Assembly: GCA_051530055.1 (NCBI GenBank)
Contig: CM121342.1
Coordinates: 14,213,480 to 14,277,479 of the forward strand
Direction: 5' to 3'
Length of the DNA: 64,000 bases
Origin: Neoechinorhynchus agilis
Lineage: Eukaryota > Animalia > Acanthocephala
In this document: positions 15,594 to 27,049 of the stretch, in pieces
Position numbering within the stretch: position 1 is the first letter of the stretch
Layout: each line of letters begins with the position of its first letter
The notes under the pieces: model-generated
The model's input: the letters and a program-made list of their open reading frames with translations, nothing else
What the model was told of the DNA's origin: nothing
Databases searched by the model: none
Translations under genes and position numbers: made by a program

Positions 15594-15759
15594 TACTCAT
15601 GGATTTTATCTTTAACAGTGAGAATTGCCGTATGAGTAGAAACGACATTGCCTAGTGTGGAAACGCTCGAGTGGACACTACTGAGCTGAACCCTACCTTT
15701 AGAAGGGCCTTGAACTCTGTCCTGTATGGAATGACAATTTTCCCTTTGCGGTATGAAAA

Positions 15760-16020
15760 ATGCCTAGTCTGGAGCGCTGGCAACAGACAATCAAAGTAAC
15801 GCGTCCTCGGTGATGGGAGGTGATGGGATTGTAGCGGAAAAGAAGAAATCTACAAATTACGTCAAATTAGGATATGACCACGATTTCGTGCGATTTGGAG
15901 TCGATACTTATGGGACGCTCGATGATTTTGGGCCATCGAATGAGGAAAGTGACCGGTGACCATAGATAGCATTATGGGCATGACCTCGACCGGCGGCGAA
16001 CTTGGTCGTGATTGATACTG
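15760..16020 (+). mobile_element. 3' fragment of a CRE-like non-LTR element
   Basis: Degraded EKKKSTNY...DFVRFGVDTYG...RKVTGD, matching the C-terminus of the element at 55.2-57.9 kb. Confidence 0.55.
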
Positions 16021-16061
16021 CTATTATAATCAAAATTAATAAATTGTCTATTAAAAAGGTT

Positions 16062-16691
16062 TTATATTGAGAATATAGAGAATATCAGGGACATTTTGGC
16101 AAGCTGTGTAATCATACAAATACAGAATATCATTGCCGCAATTACTGTTGCACCATATTGTAGAGTTGTTTCACGATTGAAATTCTTTGTAGCTCCGAAC
16201 AGAATGGCAACCAGAATGATTTCTATAAGTCCATCGACTATTCTTATGATTCCCAGAGCGAATTTGAGTTTTTTGATTCGACGAAATTGTAACGGAAGCT
16301 CAAGTAAAGTTTGTGCAACCGAAATGACACCAAACGTGATTAGCATATTTGAAACCACTGTAGGGTTATGGACGAACCACCGTTTGATTTCTGCGACTAC
16401 ATGTGAGCCCACTCTTGGATTTATGTTGCATTTCATTGACGCGCCAACAGCAATGAGCACGATGCCATAGAGAATAGTGAGGACGTTCATCAGGATGATG
16501 AAAACTCGAGATAGCCTTTGGAATTCTGCTTCTCGTTTAGTGAATTCAGCGGCTTCATCGTCTGGAAAAAGAAGCGCCAGACGTGCATTGGATAGCTTAC
16601 GGTCATCCGGAGCTGTGACTGAAAAATGATCTTCGCTTCCTTTTGATGATGTTGAATCGTATTCTTGAGCAGCATGAGATTGCGCGTTCAT
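16062..16691 (-). CDS. Intronless four-transmembrane protein, tetraspanin-like topology but no CCG loop
   Basis: 209-aa ORF with four hydrophobic segments (NVLTILYGIVLIAVG, LITFGVISV, LIEIILVAILFG, TVIAAMIFCICMI). Confidence 0.65.
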   Translation of the reverse strand: MNAQSHAAQEYDSTSSKGSEDHFSVTAPDDRKLSNARLALLFPDDEAAEFTKREAEFQRLSRVFIILMNVLTILYGIVLIAVGASMKCNINPRVGSHVVAEIKRWFVHNPTVVSNMLITFGVISVAQTLLELPLQFRRIKKLKFALGIIRIVDGLIEIILVAILFGATKNFNRETTLQYGATVIAAMIFCICMITQLAKMSLIFSIFSI

Positions 16692-16809
16692 GTTCTAGTA
16701 AGAATTTAGGAAACACGACTGCAGTGAGTATGCCTTCTCCTAAAAAAGCAGAATAGCCCAAGTCGGAGGAGAAAGTTAACATGAAAAAAGTGAGGATTGC
16801 ATTCGGGTG

Positions 16810-16965
16810 TGGTTAGATATATATGGTTGTTTAGGTCGCCTGTCGACACGTTTAAAAACTTACAAGCAACTGAATCGAACAAATGACTGATTCCAGTAGT
16901 CGAAATATACATTCGCCTTTAATGATCCCTCCTCTCGGGTTAGACAAGCGACCTAAACAACAACA
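16810..16965. mobile_element. Small hairpin MITE; related copy at about 45783-45935
   Basis: TTGTTTAGGTCGC(C/T)TGTC and its reverse complement GACAAGCGACCTAAACAA; the same motif occurs at 45.8 kb. Confidence 0.6.
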
Positions 16966-17337
16966 TGAAAAAAGTACCTGGCCTAAGTCGATGGGAACTA
17001 AACCCATCTATAAATATCGGAGAACTACTCCGAACGCGCACACACAACAGTTCTGTTACGTTCAATACAACAATGAACTAGTTCGTGTTGCGACACAAAA
17101 CGGCCGCAATTGAAACTTTACCATATAACTTTTTAATCGAAACAAAAAGATTAAAACAAATTCGGACCTAAACGGGAAGTTGCAGTAGGCAAAATATACG
17201 AGAAAGCATATACCGTTTATGAATTTATAAAAGGAACTCACCCTAAGCGCAAAATAGGATAACGATCACTTTTTTTCCATTAAAAGTTCCATATTGTTGC
17301 TACTATTTTTTATTTCATTAAATATCTCGCTTATGGT

Positions 17338-18459
17338 CTATTTAATCATTTTCCACAGTGCCCCCAGACTGTCCACGTAGTATTTTGGAATAAAGTCGTT
17401 ATTTTGTTTTGAGAATTGATTGATTTCCTCTAGATTTGTGTGGCCCGTAAACACGGCCAGGGTGCTCATTCCATGACGATTTCCGAACGCTATGTCGGTT
17501 TCTAGTCTTATTTTCCGAACACAAAAATGGAAATTAACGAATGATTGGAAAAAATTCAAGCACTTGCCTGTCTCCTACCATCAGACATTTGGCTGAGTTC
17601 ATTGGTTGAATCTTTTGTAGTAGATGAAAAGCACTGGAATGCGGTTTCCCCAGGACCATTGGTCGCAATCCTGTAGCAGCCACAACACTAGCCAATATGC
17701 TGCCTGTTCCGGGATACACTAGATCGTTCCCCTCTTCACCCGGGAAATTGGCATCATCATTTGCAGCGATGAAAAGGCAGCCTTTGCGTTTAGCATAACT
17801 GGAAGCCTTCAGAATCTTGAGGAGACTCACGTGGCGATCGAACCCGACCACCACGCATCCGACCTGTTGGGTTTTTTATGTTCGTCCGTAAGAAAAACGC
17901 GATTACCTCATTGTCCAAATCTACTTTGATCGATCCATAATCGATCGGTGGAAATGGGTCCGGTCCAGCACCGAGTGTTGTAATTCCAACCTCCTTGAGT
18001 TCATCAACAATACCAGATTCTCCAATCGCATAGACCTTTTTCCCAAATCCAATGGATTTCAGATACTCCGCAATGAGCCAACTGCTGGGAACTATGTTCG
18101 TCTTTTGAACGTCGTATCTTAGAATAAGATATTGGGAACATCACTTTAAGCGAACCTTATCTATTCCCACAACTCCAAATCCTATTAATTTATCCAAATA
18201 AATCTGGCGAGATTTTGAGCTGTTATTGGTAAGGAAATAGACCCGTTTGCCCTTATTTTAAGAAGACTTCAAGCGCTTTTGTTGGCGAGAGACAACTCAC
18301 GGCTTGAATGAGGTAATTCAAGAATTCAGGGACACCTTGAAAGACGCTTGACCATTTCCAGAGAACGCCATCGCAATCGAATATGAAACAGTCGTATGCT
18401 TCAATGAGTTGCCGTGCCGTTTGATCCGTCACTTCCGTTGGTTGGCAGACCGAAGTCAT
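17338..18459 (-). CDS. PGP: Phosphoglycolate phosphatase / chronophin-like HAD-IIA hydrolase, 5 exons, one GC-AG intron (17507-17567)
   Basis: FIFDCDGVLW, FLTNNSSK, VVVGFD, GKP and MVGDRLETDI motifs; last intron donor is AG|GCAAGT. Confidence 0.9.
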
Positions 18460-18579
18460 TTAGAATTTCTCATCCTGATCCCGCCACTCAACAGCTATAC
18501 TCTTAGCGTCAATGCTCGAAAGAAATAGACTCATGATTAATGCATAGTATGCAACAAAAAACTTCATCGAATACTCGGA

Positions 18580-20886
18580 ATGACATTGTTCGTCTTGCTT
18601 TTGTCCGTTTTAGTGATCGCATTTCTATACGGAATCGTTAATGTTTGGATAACGAATTTCACTGATACTCAGCTCGTTGTTGTGATGGTTATGGGCGATG
18701 TGGATCACAGTCCTAGGATGAAATCTCACGCAGAATCAATTCGTACCCATTTGCCCAATGCAAAAGTCATTTTGGCCGGATACGGGAAATCCTCCAGTGA
18801 ACAAGGTATCATGAGTCTCAGGAGATGCCCGCAGCCAACGGGCATTCTGAAACGCGTTATTTTCGATACCTTAACAATTATATCATTTTTATTCGTCCAT
18901 TTGTCTTCAATTCCAACTCTCATCATCGTTCAGAATCCACCTTGTATTCCTTTAATTCCAATCTCTTATCTATACTCACGGCTAACCAAGTGTAAACTAC
19001 TCATTGACTGGCACAATCTTGGACACTGCCAACTTGCGCTTAAATAGCGAGGGGAAAATGTATTTTAATGGTTTTCACCTTCGTTTAGTGCTCATTTATA
19101 TTTTAACTTTTAAAAAAGGGACGAAACCGAAGTCAACGTTTTTTAGGAAGTTTTAAAGTGAACATCCCTTACGCGGTTGATTTCTTGAACACACAGCCAA
19201 CCGATCTCGGTCAAGGAAACGAATAAAATCATTTCGTCCGGATTATTAAATACCTTCCGAGGAGGCGGGACTTATTTGTGAGTTTTCTCCCTTCAACGAT
19301 GTATTTCGTCCCTTTTGGTTATGAGTCATCGCCAATAATGGATTTTGGACCTTTTGACCCTGAAATAGGGATTAGGAGCTCAAGTTCATTGGGTCATCTC
19401 GACTCAACGACGGAATGTACAACAAACTCAGCCAGTTTTTAACTTGGGGAAAGTTTTGAGTTATTTTATCTTTAAGTCTGTCTAGCCGGTTACATATATT
19501 CTATTTATTGAGGTGAACATCCCTTACATGGTTGATTATTTTCCTTGGGAACACAGCCCACCGATAAGAGTCAAGGAAGCGCATAAAATCACACTACTCA
19601 TTGGCAGGCACAATCTAGGAAAAAAATATCAAACTTCTTTTTGTAGTTTTAAATGCTCGAAGCGCTCCTTGTCAAGTTAATCTTGTTTGTAGCTAGGCAA
19701 AGTTCCAGGGATTAAAAAAATTCGGAATCTTCTTTACGTTTTTCCTCGCAAGAGACAACAGATTGACCATGAACTCCACTCAACTGATCAAAATGACAAT
19801 CCGCCTATCCGCAACTCATCCAGTTTCCTAGTCGATCTTTACTATTTAACTGAGATTTTCTGCGGACGTTTGGCTAATTACAATCTCTGCGTAAGTACGA
19901 TGATGAAGGAATGGCTTTACGACAACGGAATAGATTGCGTTGATGTTTTCTATGACCGACCTCGATCGATATTCAATCCTTTCAAATTCCATTCATATGA
20001 AGAAAAAATAGAGAAGTTAGCTGAAATTAGAAGTTCGGATACCAATTTTAGAGAACTGGCTCATTCGTTGAGGGAAAGGAATCATCTACTAGTTGTTACA
20101 AGTACTTCTTGGAGTCTAGACGAACCATTTGATGTTTTATACCGCGCAATACAACTTTACGAACAATCAACGCTACCGGATAAGCTACCTTTGTGTGTTT
20201 TAGCGACCGGGAAAGGAGCACTTAAGGATTACTGGGCTAGTAGAAACGCGGATGATATACGCAGTGATATAATGCACTCTAAAATATGGATGGGATGGCT
20301 CTCGGAGTCCGATTATACCAAAATTTTGTCTTTAATATGCAGAAAACTGCTCAGTCTTGTATTTTGGTTTAGCTGCTGGGGTATTTCAGATTTTCACTTT
20401 TACCGGTGACTTGCATCGGTGACTCAATTTACGAAGCAATAATTTCTCAATTAGCCTTTATTTTGGAATTTACAAATCCACAGTCAGTTGTTGTAAGCGT
20501 TCGATTTCATTCCATTTTCATGTGATTAAATTTCAAGAGAAGCTTCCTTGGTCAGTTTACTTGCATACGAATGTGACATCGGTGTTAGTTTACATCGATC
20601 GGCAAGTGGAATGGATCTTCCTATGAAAATTCTCGATATGCTCGGTTCTGGTCTCCATGTATTTGCTCTTGACTACGGGCAATGTCTTAATGAACTATGC
20701 GATCAATACGGCAATGATCGGATCACCACTTTCCCTGCAGATCCGCAGCACTTGTGCCATTTGCTTCTAAATGCAGCAGTTAGAAAAGATAACCGAGAAA
20801 CGGCGAATATGAAGAGTTTTTCCGACGAATGGGACGATGTTGTCAAAAACATTATTCTTCAACTTTGTCCGGGACTACAAGCGTAA
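18580..20886 (+). CDS. ALG1: Chitobiosyldiphosphodolichol beta-mannosyltransferase, 3 exons separated by two stem-closed intervening sequences
   Basis: GDVDHSPRMKSHA, QNPPCIP, IDWHN, TSTSWSLDEPF, TGKG, LHRSASGMDLPMKILDMLG. Confidence 0.93.
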
Positions 20887-21018
20887 ACTCTAAATACACT
20901 GAACATGCTTAGTTTTGATGGGTATCTGTAAGAAGGATACTTATAGATCATTCTTGAAACCTTTCTTGTACAATATCGTTGTACTCCAACTTTTCTGACG
21001 CATCTAACTCCCTTTTTA

Positions 21019-24000
21019 GATGAGTGAAGCTTTACTTGCTGAGCTTCAAGCATCCTGTAATGCCATCGGCGGTTGGTCTAAGACTGGATACAAAAAGAGC
21101 GACGATTGCATTGGTTAGTTTATAGACTTCTCTAGTTAACCCTCATGTATCAGGCGCTCTAACGGATATCCTTCGATGTCTTCTTTATGATAACGAGGAA
21201 TTCGAAGCCCGCAGATATATTCTTGGTGCTAAGATCATCCAGAGGGATTTGGTTCCCATTCTAGAAACATTTCCCGATCTCGATTTAATTCGCCTTACCT
21301 TAAGGTTTGAACGAGAAAAGTATATCGCTCGGCTTTACAAAAAACACTGCCTCTAAGGCTTCTGGCAAATCTAACCATGCGCTCGGCCCCAATAACTACC
21401 ATTGAGCCCATTGAAGACTCTTCCATTCCTGCGTGGATCGTAGCACAAATCGATAGCTGTCTATATTCAGCCAAACAGGTATTTTTGCCATTAGATGCGC
21501 CATAGTTTTATTTTTCGTTATGAAGGCATTTGGAAGTGAACTATTGTTCCAAGTATTATCAGACCGATGTAAACAGATACTCTCCACTGTTTGTGATCTT
21601 TTCGGTTTGTCAATCAAATTGTTTTTCGTTTCAATAGCCTATGGTTGACCGCACCGATGAAGATTCCGTTGAATTGACCAGAATAATGATGACAATAAAT
21701 AATGTTCTATCTATTGGGTCCACTGTCAATCCAGAGAGCGAGACAATTCGAGTCCATGATCAAGTTGTGAGGTCTGACTTTGAAAAAAAAACGCGGTCCA
21801 TTCAACAATTTCGCTCATGCAGTGCCATTCAATCAACTGATTTTGAAGCGATCATATTATTTATGGCAAACTCAAAACTAACTGTTGAAGTGATCTCGTC
21901 TGTAAAGTTGATCTGGCTAATGCTGAAATATCAGTTACCCGATCGTCTTTCACGACTTGAACCCACCTCCGACATATCCAAACAGCAAAAGCAGGAAATC
22001 AATAATCTTACAAGGTACTGCCAAATCGCAGCTAGATATGCAAACATATTTCTATCAATAACTTTAAAGAAAACATCTTTATGCATTTGTCGCAACTCAT
22101 TATCGTCGGTATTTAGAGACTTAGATGGTCTTCTAAATATGGAATCAAACGTAGACCAAAAGTCAAAGATTTTCTCGCAAAGAAGGTAACTTTCTTTTCC
22201 ATTCAATTAAAGCTTCCGGTCAACAGGTTTTCAAAGTATTCGGGAACGTTCGTTGTCAAAGATTGTGCAGCACTCGGTGGGCGAGATGTAATCCTTCATC
22301 AACCGGTATCAAATGTGAAGGACATTAGAAGTAATAATGCATTTAACAATCGTAAATTTCGCATTCCCAAAAATAAGGCTCCTTTGAAGGTAAATATGGA
22401 ACTCATATGATTTTTTGAAAAATGATTTTTGTAGCTTAATGACTTGTCAGACAGGGCAGTTCTGTCTTCGGACTACAAAGTTAGTATTCGATTGAAAGAT
22501 ATGTGTGACGAATTTCTAAAGCGGTATTTCAACCACGCAATCAGACGGTATAAGGTTAGTTCGTTGACTGTCAAGATCATAGGTTTCTGGTGCTCAATTT
22601 TCCAGTTTTTACCGTATGAAATGTGATTTATTGCTGCGTATGCAGTTTTACAGCTTATATATTAGGATTATTGTTTATGTTTTTACCCGGTAAATAATTG
22701 TTATTAAAGATGCTTTGAACCTCTTCTGGGTTCATCATCAGGTTGTTACGTCTTTAATAAGAAACTTATTTACCGTGTGAAGACTTCTAATCAATAATCT
22801 TAATCATATACCCCGGCACCTCACATATTGACAGCTCATTTATTATTTGTTTTATAAAATGGGGTAAAATTGCTTATTAAAGCTGTGTTTAACAAGATAC
22901 TAATTTTAACAATACGCAACGAAAGGAAAAGCTTTCCGATTTAATCACCGCGATGATTATTCTATTCGTCTTCTTGGACGGTTCAGTTTCTTCCTTTTAT
23001 ACTTTAGTTATTACATTGCAGTTGTTTCCTTTTGCTCCGTCAACTTTAGACAGCGTTTGGTCAACACTTTCTCCCACCATCCGATGAGCCTTTTCTGTTC
23101 AATATAATATCTTTTGTCCTTTCATTTGCGACTTCGTCAAATCGACTCAGTCAACAACTCATAACTCACATTAGTGAGGCCATTGAAGTAAACAGTTTTC
23201 ACTTCAATCAAGTAAATCTTCAGCGATACATGGAACTGTTTTCGACTAATAAAGCCAATGGCACAATCCATTGTCATCGCATGCACGCAGCAATTGCCTG
23301 TTTGAAACGAATGCTTATTACAATAACTCAAATGCTTGAATTCTCGGACGAGGAAATCCGAGCTGCTGGTAAGACGATTGCGTGTAATGTATTGTACGTT
23401 CAAGAGTACAGGGAGGAAATACTGTTTTTGCTAAGAAACTTTGATGTCAATAAGATGTCGACTGCTATGCTCCGTGATTGTGTATACAAGTTACCTTTTT
23501 CCGAAAAGGGTACTCATAAACCATAGCATTTTAGAGTTTCCGGCCCATTTAAAAATCAAGTTTGTAATCTTTTTCGTTTACGTGTTTTATCGGGAAAAGG
23601 TGACATAGAAGCTCTCCATTATCAGATAAAGATGGCTTGTTTGGCTCAAGATTCAGGGATTCAAGTATTTGCTCAAACCAAACGAAGGCGAGCACGAAGA
23701 CGTAATAGACGTGAGAAGCAGCAACAGCAACCGATTATCACTTCAACAATGGATTCTGATTTATGGTATAGATTGCAGAAGAAGTTAGAGGAGCTTATAA
23801 ATCAGAATCAGCCGTCGATCGAGGCAGGCGAAAATCCTTTCAACGCACCCGAAAATATCAGTGGACAGGAGATTCTTGCCCTTAAACAAATAAAAGTTCA
23901 CTTAAATTGCGAACAACCAGCACGAGCGCTGGCGCTATTTAGAGCAGGATGTAATTCGTGGCCCAGTGATGAACGATTCCAAGTAAACATTGATGATAAC

Positions 24001-26900
24001 CCATATGACGAGATTAGAGCACTTCGTTATATTTTTGACACTTATTGTGCTATCCCAAATGCTCAGATTAACGAAGGAGAAGATAGTGTGGATAGTGAGA
24101 CCAGCGACGATGATCAAATTGAGGACGCTAAAATATCCGAAACTCATTTTCATCTACGACAGTTTGTTCACAAGTAAGTTAATTATCAGGTCAAGGTTTA
24201 CGTTGTTCTTTGATTTAACAAAAACAAGCCAATCATGAAAACGAATTTTCGAACTACGTTAACCAACAAAGTAACCCTTAATGCTATAAAAAAATTCCCT
24301 AGTTTCCTAAAGTGAATCAAGAATCAAAAAATCTCACTCATGAAACCTTGAGTGCAACTTCAGCCTAAGATGTATTTCTTTTTTGACAGGGTGTATCTAT
24401 ATTGCGACAACACTCGTGACATTCCTTCAATTTAGGTTTACAAACACTAAGATTCTTCGCTTATTTTTTCTTTTGGTCGATACGTTTAAGGAGAACCCAC
24501 CCCGCATCAACAATTGTGTATTTAAGTTTTTGGACCGTCTCGCATTTCAATACAACTACCCCGCTTATTTGTACCAATTGAGCTTTTTCAATTCTCTCTA
24601 CCGTCTGCTCAATGACCAACAAGTAAGGAATTCAAGGTCATTTAAGCCTTTCAAAATCATCATCAGTAAAGGAGAATGTTTCACACAATTTCGGGAGAAG
24701 TCGTTCGTTTAAGCTTAGTTCGTGTCCATATCAACAGTTTTTAATCAATTGGGATTATTTAGAACGTCAGTGGTGAACATATTCGGCCATTATGTTCGCT
24801 CGAAATCAAATCAGTTGGAGTGCGAATGAATTTTAGGTTGCAGCCCTATTTTCTAGTAAAAGTCAGTTCTTCAAAGGTAATAAAGACACTAGGAAACCTA
24901 AGAGTTGGAAATTTGTTGACCACATTTTCTCGTGCATATTTGAAACATTTTCCACTTAAATTATCCAGCTCATTTATCAACGCATGTCGTCGTGATCCTC
25001 ACATCTTTGTGGAGACACTGTTTCCCAAATCGGATCGAATTGCATACGAAATCAATGAAGGATACGGTAGTTTCATTGCATCTGCGGTGCGAAGATCAAA
25101 TGTCTCCGAGTGGACACCAGAGGAAGACATTACCTTAAAGACTCTATTTCTTGAAGCGGACGAACTTAGAAATACTGTAGGACTAGGTTTAACCGATATA
25201 GCGACCTACATTGTAGAAAAGTTTCCGGATCTGAGAAAAACACGGCGACAAATAGTATCGAGGCTCGTAAAGTCGAAATTTGTTCTTTTCTGCACTTTTA
25301 TCAGCAGATTTTGGCTACATCTATAGGTCTCATCAGCTCAGCTAAGGATTTAAAAACTGATGTAAAACGGAAGCTAACTGATGTTGAAGTGGCTGAGTTA
25401 AAAAGGTTAATAGAAAGTACGGGTATTGAGCAAATTTCTTCAAAACAGGAGATGGATGCGTTTGTGATCCGTTTAAAAAATGTTATGGAGAAAGGGTCAT
25501 CACTAAAATCGAGATCGGGAGCATCGCTGGCAAAAGAAATAAAGAAACTATTGATTTATAAGCCACGACGGACACGAAAAGTAATCGAAGAAACGAAAAG
25601 TAGCACATCTTCGTCTGATTACGATTCGAATGTTCAACAGGAAGCTGAGCGTATTGAGGTTGACGATTCCGTCCTGTTCCTTGAATCGGATTCGGATAAT
25701 GAAACTATTAATTCCAAACGAAGGCGAGTCTTGGTCGACAGTGATGAGGAATCTTTGTCTAATAAGAACGAGTCAATGGCCAATTTTGATTTAAGCGCTG
25801 ATTTATCAATAATGGCCTATACATTACTTCAAAAAGGTTTGTGGTTGGTAGAGATTTTTGAACTAATGATTCTAGTTCATCACTAGAAATGTTCTTACCA
25901 AAACCACTTTTATTTTTCGTATATATTAAACGTCCACGGAATTGTTAGCTGTCTAAAAAGCTCGTTCAAAACTTGTAAATGTACTCACGCTGTTACTATC
26001 GCAATACTGCTGAACAATGCTTGTTTTTGCTCTAGTTCGAACGGGTTTTTATAAGAACAGTGTCGATATATGTGATTCCCTAGCGACGTCTCATCGACGG
26101 GTATACGCGAGTGACGAATAAACGCTTCTCATGCTAAAATGAGTATTAAACTTCAACGCTCGCACACTTCCATTTCGTTTCCTTCAGCTCTTTATCCCGC
26201 ATTCTACAAAAAATGTTCAAGCTTTCGCTCCCGGTCTGCTTGTTGTTGGCGATGGCTTTACAAATCGAATTTGTCGATTGTCTTAGCTGCTATCGTGATA
26301 CAAACTTTCTCGGATATCACCTATGGCGAAGCGTAGTACAGTGTTCTCAGGGAATCTGCTTACAGTTAATCAATAGTGGTCCATACTCTGTCAGAAATAG
26401 CACAAATTGTGCCAATACTGTCGCAATTAAACAACATATAATTGATCTCCTTCCCAATTTCGATACTGATCATGTCAATATAAGCAAATTTCTCGTTACA
26501 ATGAAATTCAACGAACTTTCTGTCGTTATTGATTTTAAAAAACTGGGCATAAGCGTGCTTATATGTTCAACGGATCTTTGTAACTCATGAAAAATAAATT
26601 GTTTTAGGTAATTTGACACAAGATCAGCTTAATTGGCTCATTACAAGTCTAAATGATATGCAAGACATGAAGAGTAGAGGTTTCTCAACCGACGCTTTAG
26701 CTCTCGTTCCTCTTCTTTCAAGTCAATTCGAAGTTTGTCGGAACAACGTTCTAAAACCATTACTAAAGAAATGCGGTCTACGGGCCCCCGTAGGGCACCA
26801 GGAATCATTCTGGAGGCTAAAAGAAGATATCAGCTTAGAGGAGCTAAAGGACAATGTTCTTGTAGGACTGTCAAATGCACTCAGACAAATTAAGTCGTAG
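21019..26900 (+). CDS. TIMELESS: Timeless (TIM2/timeout-type replication fork protection protein), multi-exon
   Basis: N-terminal ELQASCNAIG...DC...LLANLT, RRFSKYSGTF, FVETLFPK...EGYG, WTPEED, and C-terminal ALVPL...LLKKCGLRAP..QESFWRL. Confidence 0.88.
26213..26590 (+). CDS. Small secreted Ly6/uPAR (three-finger)-like protein nested on the same strand in the last Timeless intron
   Basis: Signal-peptide-like N-terminus, LSCY start and terminal CSTDLCN; single 125-aa ORF inside intron about 25838-26608. Confidence 0.6.
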   Translation: MFKLSLPVCLLLAMALQIEFVDCLSCYRDTNFLGYHLWRSVVQCSQGICLQLINSGPYSVRNSTNCANTVAIKQHIIDLLPNFDTDHVNISKFLVTMKFNELSVVIDFKKLGISVLICSTDLCNS

Positions 26901-27049
26901 TAACTAATAAATGGTCTCAAGAGAGGAAGACAAATGAACTGTATTTTAGGTTTTTCTGAATTAATTCAAAAACCCAGATTAAGGCGCTCTTGGTATTTGA
27001 TCATCCTTTACCAGCAAGGATAATTTATTCAGCGTAACAGCGTCGGAGG

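Noticed and set aside
19045-19047. Stop-codon reassignment (TAG read-through) in ALG1
   Set aside because: TAG is a normal stop in 14-3-3 and MLP; no other conserved exon contains an in-frame TAG; the terminal stem offers another explanation.
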